A DNA stretch of 64,000 nt, taken from Tubulanus polymorphus (Eukaryota > Animalia > Nemertea). The translations under genes and the position numbers were made by a program. Below, piece after piece: positions 55,445 to 64,000 of this stretch. How positions within the stretch are numbered: the first letter of the stretch is position 1; each line of letters opens with the position of its first letter. The DNA is taken from contig NC_134025.1 of assembly GCF_964204645.1 (NCBI RefSeq), positions 22,672,299 to 22,736,298 of the forward strand. Direction: 5' to 3'. The notes beneath the pieces were generated by a model that saw nothing but the letters and a program-made list of their open reading frames with translations, ran no database searches and was not told the origin of the DNA.

Positions 55445-58400
55445 GTCTGTCTGCAGAGTTTCCAGAACCTGTCATGTCAGGGCCCAAGACCTGACATGAC
55501 AGGTGGGACCTCAGGTGACAGGTCGATTCGCTAAAATGAAAATTGTTATGACTGAACCGATGATAGGCGATTAGAAGATATGATAGGCGCGGATTTACAA
55601 CAAATCATAGCCGATAAGAACACAAAGAACATATCGTAGTGCTTTCTGAATATATTATTCAAAAATAAAAAACAAACTATGATGTGTTATAAATTCATTT
55701 AAGAATTTATGTTTGTCCGTTTATAAAAAGTTGTTGAACTATATCGCCTTATAATAATAAAGATGGAATGATTGTGAATTATTGGAGAACATTGAACGAA
55801 TTGTTTACAACTAATTTATTTTTTTGTAACACGAAACATAAAAATATCAAGATCAGGCAAAATGATACCAGTAGTGCCTTATGTAATCATAATCAGTATT
55901 AATAACAATCATTATACTCATTAAGATTAGGCCCTATATTATTATATATTATTATTAATTACTCGCAATATAATTAATTAACCAAGTGTACATACAATTT
56001 AAAAACATTTCGGTCCAAGCTTATAAGTTGACATAGATAAATTAGACATAACACTGATTAATTAGTGAGGCCTCACACGGCAACGCGCGCCATTTTGCAG
56101 AGCTTCGGGACCTGAGGTGACAGGTCTGCATTAAAACTGATGAAATGAAGGAAAACTTTAATTTTTATGGTCTCTTTATAGCAATGAATATAATATAAAT
56201 TGCTAACCATGGATATAGTTAATCTTAAGTTACTATAAAACAATAATTTTGAAGCGAGACCTCACACGGCAGCTCGCGCCATTTTGCAGAGCTTCTCGGG
56301 ACCTGTGGTGACAGGTCTGCACTAAAACTGATGAAATGGAAAAAACTTTACTTTTTATAACCTTTATATAGTAATAAGTATAATAAATTGCTAACCATTG
56401 ATAGAGTTAATCTTAAGTTACCATAAAACAATAATTTTGAAGCGAGACCTCACACGGCAACGCGCGCCATTTTGCAGAGGTTCTCGAGACCTGTGGTGAC
56501 AGGTCTGCATTTAAACTGATGAAATGGGAAAAACTTCTCTTTTTATGGTATCTTTATAGTAATAAATATAATATAGATTGCTAACCATGGATATAGTTAA
56601 TCTTAAGTTATTATAAAACAATAATTTTGAAGCGAGACCTCACACGGCAGCTCGCGCCATTTTGCAGAGCTTCTCGGGACCTGAGGTGACAGGTCTGCAT
56701 TAAAACTGATGAAATGAAGGAAAACTTTAATTTTTATGGTCTCTTTATAGTAAAGAGTATAATATAAATTGGTAACCATGGATAGAATTAATCTTAGGTT
56801 ACTATAAAAGAATAATTTTGAAGCGAGACCTCACACGGCAGCTCGTGCCATTTTGCAGAGCTTCTCGAGACCTGTGGTGACAGGTCTGCGTTAAAACTGA
56901 TGAAATGTAAAAAACTTCACTTTTTATGGTATCTTTATAGTAATGAATATAATATAAATTGCTAACCATGGATATAGGTAATCTTAAGTTACTATAAAAC
57001 AATAATTATGAAGCGAGACCTCACACGGCAGCTCGCGCCATTTTGCAGAGTCGTCGGGACCTGTGGTGACAGGTCTGCATTAAAACTGATGAAATGGAAA
57101 AAACTTCACTTTTTATGGTATCTTTATAGTAATGAATATAATATAAATTGCTAACCATGGATATAGGTAATCTTAAGTTACTATAAAACAATAATTTTGA
57201 AGCGAGACCTCACACGGCAGCTCGCGCCATTTTGCAGAGCTTCAAGGGACCTGTGGTGACAGGTCTGCGTTAAAACTGATGAAATGAAGGAAAACTTTAA
57301 TTTTTATGGTCTCTTTATAGTAAAGAGTATAATATAGATTGCTAAACATGGATAGAATTAATCTTAAGTTACTATAAAACAATAATTATGAAGCGAGACC
57401 TCACACGGCAGCTCGCGCCATTTTGCAGAGCTTCTCGGGACCTGTGGTGACAGGTCTGCGTTAAAACTGATGAAATGAAGGAAAACTTTAATTTTTATGG
57501 TCTCTTTATAGCAATGAATATAATATAAATTGCTAACCATGGATATAGGTAATCTTAAGTTACTATAAAACAATAATTATGAAGCGAGACCTCACACGGC
57601 AGCTCGCGCCATTTTGCAGAGCTTCTCGGGACCTGTGGTGACAGGTCTGCATTAAAACTGATGAAATGAAGGAAAACTTTAATTTTTATGGTCTCTATTA
57701 TAGTAAAGAGTATAATATAGATTGCTAAACATGGACATAGTTAATCTTAAGTTACTATAAAACAATAATTTTGAAGCGAGACCTCACACGGCAGCTCGCG
57801 CCATTTTGCAGAGTCTTCGGGACCTGTGGTGACAGGTCTGCATTAAAACTGATGAAATGAAGGAAAACTTTAATTTTCATGGTCTCTTTATAGTAAAGAG
57901 TATAATATAGATTGCTAAACATGGATATAGTTAATCTTAAGTTACTATAAAACAATAATTATGAAGCGAGACCTCACACGGCAGCTCGCGCCATTTTGCA
58001 GAGCTTCTCGGGGCCTGTGGTGACAGGTCTGCATTAAAACTGATGAAATGGAAAAAACTTCACTTTTTATGGTATCTTTATAGTAATGAATATAATATAA
58101 ATTGCTAACCATGGATATAGGTAATCTTAAGTTACTATAAAACAATAATTTTGAAGCGAGACCTCACACGGCAGCTCGCGCCATTTTGCAGAGCTTCTCG
58201 GGACCTGTGGTGACAGGTCTGCATTAAAACTGATGAAATGAAGGAAAACTTTATTTTTTATGGTCTCTTTATAGTAAAGAGTATAATATAAATTGCTAAC
58301 CATGGATATAGGTAATCTTAAGTTACTATAAAACAATAATTATGAAGTGAGACCTCACACGGCAGCTCGCGCCATTTTGCAGAGCTTCTCGGGACCTGAG

Positions 58401-59053
58401 GTGACAGGTCTGCATTAAAACTGGTATAAATTGAAAAACAACTTCATGCTTTAAATTGATGAGTAGATTTAAAATCAGTCTCAATAAAATCAGTTTCTAT
58501 ATTGCATTCGGCTCTTTTACATGTACATCATAAAGACAATGAATATAAATAGTGAGACTTCATGACTGATGACAGTGAGGAGTGTTGCCGAACTGTGATA
58601 TAGTGAGCAGATAATTTTCAGTGTCTTATTGCGGAAACGAAATATCAAGACCTCGATTCATCTGGCGAAAATATTCTCTTATAATGTGCTCTTACTTCTA
58701 CATTAATTAATTCATCTACTAAATTAAAACTTATTTTTTTCCCTTAAATACAGAAATAAGTCATAGTTTACACATAAATATTTTCTTCTTATAAATCAAC
58801 CTTTCAAATGAATTATTTGTCAGAACATTTTCCTTATCGTTATTGTTGAATCATTTTCGATATTAACGACGGGTCAGAATATTCATTCAACTCAAAATGT
58901 TCTTCCATTCGTCTAGCACGTCTAGATATTTCGCTGTTTCGTCAAATATTGTCATGAGTTTGGGTTTTTTCGGGACCTGACATGACAGGTCAGACCTGTC
59001 ATGTCAGGTCTTAAGACCTGACATGACAGGTTCTGGAAACTCTGCAGACAGAC
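55445..59053. mobile_element. Non-autonomous TIR element containing a satellite array
   Basis: TIR GTCTGTCTGCAGAGTTTCCAGAACCTGTCATGTCAGG at 55445 and its reverse complement ending at 59053. No transposase ORF and no clear TSD. Confidence 0.85.
56066..58422. repeat. Tandem satellite, ~190-bp unit, about 12.4 copies
   Basis: GAGACCTCACACGGCAGCTCGCGCCATTTTGCAGAG recurs 13 times at about 190-bp spacing. Confidence 0.97.
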
Positions 59054-59262
59054 ATCAATCGATTTTTGACGTCTCTAACCACGGTACATTGTTGTAAGTA
59101 AGTAAGCGCTGTTTCTATCGGTCAATACCATTTCTGAAGCATCATTAAAAGCGAATTGAATACGTATTTATATCATCCTCTCGAAACAACTGAAATTACG
59201 CGAGATTGAAAAACTCGAGAGGCCTTTTCAAAACACGCTGGTACTCGCTTGTCAAAATCAAA

Positions 59263-61491
59263 ATGGCGTCGAGACTTCTTGCTCGACGTAGCTGCTGCTG
59301 CTGGTGGAAAGTTGTTCGTTCTTCAAATATTCTCAGTTTCTCTTCGTTTGTTACGTGTTCGGGCAGTGGCAGAAAAGTCCTTGAACGAACACGTCATGCT
59401 GCCAGCGTTGACAAATTCAACCGCAGACCATTGTGGGGATGGTTAAACTCGATTTTCAATAAGTTAGTGTTCTGAAAATGCTAGATTTTTTAATTGGCCA
59501 TGTGTAAAAAGTCTTAAAGCTTGCCTAGCCGTAGTTCCCAAACAACGTTGTAGGGGAACCCGTACATCTTCTGGAGTTCACACTTAGTTATAGCCCCTCC
59601 ACCAAAACCTTCATGTCCATGATGATAATTGAGAATTATTTGAAATGACCAATCAATACTTGTTGGTACCTATACTTTCTGGCGCATTCTCTCCAGCTGA
59701 AATTGTTTCGAATGTCCCTAGATTATTAGAATGATATTAACTAAACTTATAGTTATGTTTCTTAGATACAGGCCTACGTCTAATCTAACCTTGAACCATA
59801 CCTAAATACTACCCTAATATGGAATTGGACCAGATCTGAAGACTTTTGATTATATCATTTCCAGATTTGACAAAGATCGCATGAAAGAAGTAGGACCTGA
59901 TAGAGCTTGTGCTGAATGGTTATTACGGTGTGGCGCGCATGTGCGAAGGTTAAATTCAGAACGATTTCAAACCGATTACAACAGCTTACCGGCCGGAAAC
60001 GTTGCGAGTTATAAAATCGAGGAAATAAATGCTGACAATGCGGCGGTTATGAGCGTTGGTTTCCCATATTTAGGTAAGTAATGATCCTACGCCCAGAATT
60101 GATGAAAGTCTATGAAGATGGCAAGGTGATTCTGATATGAAGCAAAATTTGGCGTATGATGTTGGGTTCAAAGTGTGCTTGCTGGAGAATTGAACTTCAC
60201 TAACAGGATGGCCACTGACTGGAAAACTCAGGGAATCAGAAAAATCAGGGATAACTCAGGGGATTTGACACATTTTACCGAACACCTGGAAAACTCAGGG
60301 AATTTGGACAATGCTATTGAATGACAATTTATTTCATTATCAGTACATGATGCAGTGAAAAATGAATGGATTGTTAGATTTCAAACCTAGAAATTTTGTG
60401 TTGTCACTTGGGAAAATCAGGGAAAACAAGGATTTGTAAATGAGTGGAAAGTGGAACTGACTAATGAACTAAGATTGCAATTCAGATTATTAGAATTCTA
60501 AGCCAGTTTTAGGTAGTATGTTCATGACTTAAACAAGTGTTGTCTGTTTGCTTGAAAATGTTTTGTGACTATATATTTGCAGAAGGATTGAATCATTTGA
60601 AAAAGATCAGATTCTATAACTGCGTCTATTTAGACGACGAAGCTTTGATTGAGCTTTCACGAGTGAAGCATACTTTGGAAGAGTTAGAGGTCGGTTCTTG
60701 CGGAGTAATAACCGATAAGGGCATAGCTAGCATTGCCGAATTAGAGTAAGTATGTTTGCCTTTTGAAAATTGAAACTCCTTTCCCCACACTGAAATCACT
60801 TCATGATGATCTACTCCGATATCAAATTTTGGTTTGTTAGAGAAACGACTCCTTGATTCCTTAAAAATGCTTTCAAAACCGAAAATACGTTTCAAGGTGC
60901 TTGAATCACCGAATTAGAAACTGAGTTTAGTAGTGTATAAGGTAAATATTTGCTCACAAAACCACTAAATTAATGTATTGGTTAGGTTTTCGTCATGAAA
61001 AATTGCCCTCAAACTTGGCGCCATACCCTCAAAAACCCCTCAAATTTCATATTGATGGTCCTGTAGGAACCCTGTTAATGGTATGTTGAGATAAACAGTA
61101 CCAATTTAGGAGTCTACGGTAATTGGAAACCGGTATGACATTTTCTATAGAAATTTGAAATTTTCTCCTTTGAATAGAACTCCTTGAAAACTCCTTATAT
61201 CCAAAGAATGACTGATCTGGAGGGACCCTGAGTAATTAACATTTAATGATTTCTCCCTCCAAATGGTTTTAACCTTTCGACCTCTTTTGTAGCTTTGATG
61301 CCAGGTTAAGCAAGCTCTATGAATAACCGGCAGTATTTTTTGCTTCTTTCAGGCTGTTAAAGGTTTTGAAGCTGTACGACCTTCCAGCTGTAAGAGACAA
61401 ACGTGGCTGTTTTGAAATTCTAAAGAAAGCTCTTCCGCAGTGTGACATTCAATTTCCCGACGCTGTTCCTTCAACTACGAAATCAACTTAA
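59263..61491 (+). CDS. DMAC2L: ATP synthase subunit s / factor B (ATP5S)
   Basis: Exons 59263-59462, 59865-60073, 60583-60745 and 61353-61491. Presequence, then LWGWLNSIFNK..VGPDRACAEWLLRCGA..DYNSLP..YKIEEI.A; SCG.ITDKGI; LYDLPAV..ALPQC. Confidence 0.93.
60204..60459. mobile_element. Degenerate hAT-like MITE with repeated AAACTCAGGG motifs
   Basis: CAGGATGGCCACT start and several (GG)AAAA(C/A)TCAGGG subterminal repeats in DMAC2L intron 2. Confidence 0.4.
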
Positions 61492-61497
61492 TCGTTC

Positions 61498-62277
61498 ATG
61501 ATGATTATAGAACGAGTCAACGACATACAAGACAATCTAAACCAGAAATTCACGGGCTCGGGGTTCGAATTTCACCCATTTCTAATCGGCTGGTACCACG
61601 AGAAAGTTAGCAAATCTTTTCGCGTAAACTACCCGGAAGATACCGTCGCGTTCGTGGTCGTCAGCACTCCGGACATGTTCGAAAAATCGTTTCTACCGTT
61701 CATCACGCGTAAGGATTGTAATACGGATATACGCGATCCGCTCGATCAGTGCATCGCGGCGACGTTCAACGACATCAAAGACGATTTTCCCGACTACACG
61801 ATCGAGACGATTCACGACTTCGAACGACATCACAGCAATCGGCCGAAATTTTTGATGCAAACGGCGAGCCACATCAGCGGCGCCGCCTACTACTACCAAC
61901 AAAAAGATATCGGAAATACCGATCTATTAACGGGGAAAAAACGATTATGCGGGGTATGCATACATCCGAAGTACGGCGGATGGTTCGCGTTGCGAGGGGT
62001 GATAATATTCGGTAATTTACAATGCGAAGATTTACCCCGGCGTGAAGCAGTCGATGTCGTCGTAGGCGACGAATTGAGATTGGAATTACTTGAACGTTTC
62101 AATTATCGCTGGCAGGATTGGACGTTCAGGGATATCATATCGGTGAAATCGAGGTATTCCGAGGCTCAAAAGCTTTATTTCGCCACTAAGCCGAAAGATC
62201 GCAAAGAGCTTATCGCCACAAACCATTTATTCGATAGCTTTAATGACTGTAAAGAGGAAAAAGAAATAGACGGTTGA
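61498..62277 (+). CDS. MMACHC: Cyanocobalamin reductase / alkylcobalamin dealkylase (CblC), intronless
   Basis: Single 259-aa ORF with HPF.IGWY, STPDMFE, DPLDQC, RPKFLMQTASHISGAAYYYQ, GVCIHPKYGGWFALRGV, FNY.WQDW.FRD and YSEAQK.YF.T.P. Confidence 0.95.
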   Translation: MMIIERVNDIQDNLNQKFTGSGFEFHPFLIGWYHEKVSKSFRVNYPEDTVAFVVVSTPDMFEKSFLPFITRKDCNTDIRDPLDQCIAATFNDIKDDFPDYTIETIHDFERHHSNRPKFLMQTASHISGAAYYYQQKDIGNTDLLTGKKRLCGVCIHPKYGGWFALRGVIIFGNLQCEDLPRREAVDVVVGDELRLELLERFNYRWQDWTFRDIISVKSRYSEAQKLYFATKPKDRKELIATNHLFDSFNDCKEEKEIDG

Positions 62278-64000
62278 TCTGTGCTCTTCAAATCGTATTA
62301 TCATAGATCTCTTATCAGTACGGAATATGTGCTATAATTACACCATTCATTTTACCTTTCTACCTTGGTATCTGGTTATTGACTCACTATATGCTGTTAA
62401 TTTAGTTGAAAATAAAATAGCTTCATCTGACCGATAGCTAATAAATTTCATCTTTGTACATGTAGTCTGTTATCGATCCGCAAATGGTTGACAGTCTTGA
62501 CATTGAAGGATAAAGGCTAGCCTCTAGGTTGACTTGCAATGTCGTGGTGTGATCGGTTCTGATCTGATATCTTGAGAGGAAAGCAATTTTCATTATTTGG
62601 AGTTGTAAGAAAGCCAAGCCCATTGGCTTACACTTCATGTAATTCATACATTTACTTTTGCAAACTATGGAAATTATATTTCCACGATGTGCAGTAACAG
62701 AAGAGAATTATAGAAGATCCGAGTGCCCTAGAAACGGAAAACAGTTGTCAAACATCAAACATGAAATGCAAGTCAAACGGGTTTGGCTCCGATATTATGG
62801 GTATTCATTCAATCATTCACATACTTAAAGCTAAACTTGCGCTTACTTAAGGGCAGACCTATATATAATGCTTCTTGTCATTTGTGTAAAGCGTCTGGAG
62901 GGGTTTAGTAGTCAATCAAGTTGTAAATTGGTTTATCTTATAGATCAGACTCGCATACTTCTTTATACTTGGCCTGACATTACCCGCAGAATCGAAGTGT
63001 TGAACAAGGAGAAAGTCGACATGTAACATTCAAATAATATCTGTTTTTATTTTTCTTTTACTATAATTTACATGAACCATTTTAATAATTGTTATGTCTA
63101 CCTCTGGGAGACAGCAGTGTCTAAAGAAAGGAAGAAAATGAAATATGTACATGGGGTGGTGCATAAAAAAGATGAACCTCTGCAGTTAAATATCTGTGGT
63201 TCTGCTGAGGTATGTCACATCAAAATTACGAATTACGGTTACTTGTAATAATGACTATATCAATAACGGAATCTATCGTCTATCTAGCCAGGAGTATGTA
63301 TTAAGAAATGCTCGTAAATGAAATATTGAAGGTATGATACCGATTGGTTAAATCGAAAACAGGCACCGCTAATGGAGCTATAGATGTAAAAGCAGAAAAT
63401 CCTAATTACAATCTATTCAAAATATAATCACATGAATTTAAAGCACAAAAATTACATATCTATATGAAGCGAATTGTTTGATTAATGCAAGAACCGGTAA
63501 AATTCAATGATTCCCCTTTAAAACGGTTAGCGATTTTAACTGATTGCAAATGTTCTTGATGATGCAATGTGGATGAATGTATTATGCTCTTAAAATACAG
63601 CGCCAAACTTTAAGGCCACCGAAACAATAACAATGTACAGCAGTTTTGATTAAACATTTCGCAAACTCAAAAACTAAACACCCATACCTTCTCTAACTTA
63701 ATCTTTACCATGTACCGTACATGGTAGACTGGAGTTTATGATCTTATCAACATTATGTGGAATTTGTACCCATATTGTTACAACCTTGAGCTCCATGAGT
63801 TAATCTTTAGTGTCATATTTCACTTCAAGGTGTAACATTTAAAAAAAAATAAGTCTCAATGGACGAGACCTAATTGCCCCTACCATATGAAATTAGATTG
63901 TTAACCAGGATTTCTTTGACGATATAGTTTTAACATCTCTTATCATGTGCCATCTAGTCTTATAAATACAAATAATACGCAAGTGGAGGTCACAACAAGT

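Noticed and set aside
56066-58422. CRISPR-like regular array and repeated short ORFs (MFYSNLRL...)
   Set aside because: Whole ~190-bp units repeat, so there are no unique spacers. There are no cas genes and the context is eukaryotic. The ORFs are by-products of the satellite.
62438-64000. Additional gene after MMACHC
   Set aside because: Only short ORFs with no recognisable homology or consistent splice pattern.

Overview
Gene-dense, AT-rich eukaryotic DNA with short GT-AG introns, from an invertebrate animal (probably a spiralian/lophotrochozoan; this is inference from gene content and repeat style). In order it holds the 3' end of PLB1, a CXorf65/C22orf15-family gene, CDIN1 (C15orf41, with a U12-type intron), ETAA1, CEBPZOS, SLC30A6, B9D2, JKAMP, L3HYPDH, PRPF39 (with an extra N-terminal SAP domain), two near-identical tandem copies of DMAC2, DMAC2L (ATP5S) and an intronless MMACHC. 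Mobile DNA includes a young non-autonomous LTR element (525-bp LTRs, TSD, PPT, tRNA-Ala-derived PBS), a 3.6-kb TIR element carrying a ~190-bp satellite, a tRNA-derived SINE and many MITEs. The most striking observation is that the MMACHC ORF starts in frame only 6 nt after the DMAC2L stop codon, inside the last DMAC2L exon, which suggests a bicistronic or shared-exon unit. Gene identities come from recalled similarity to human proteins; no database search was run.
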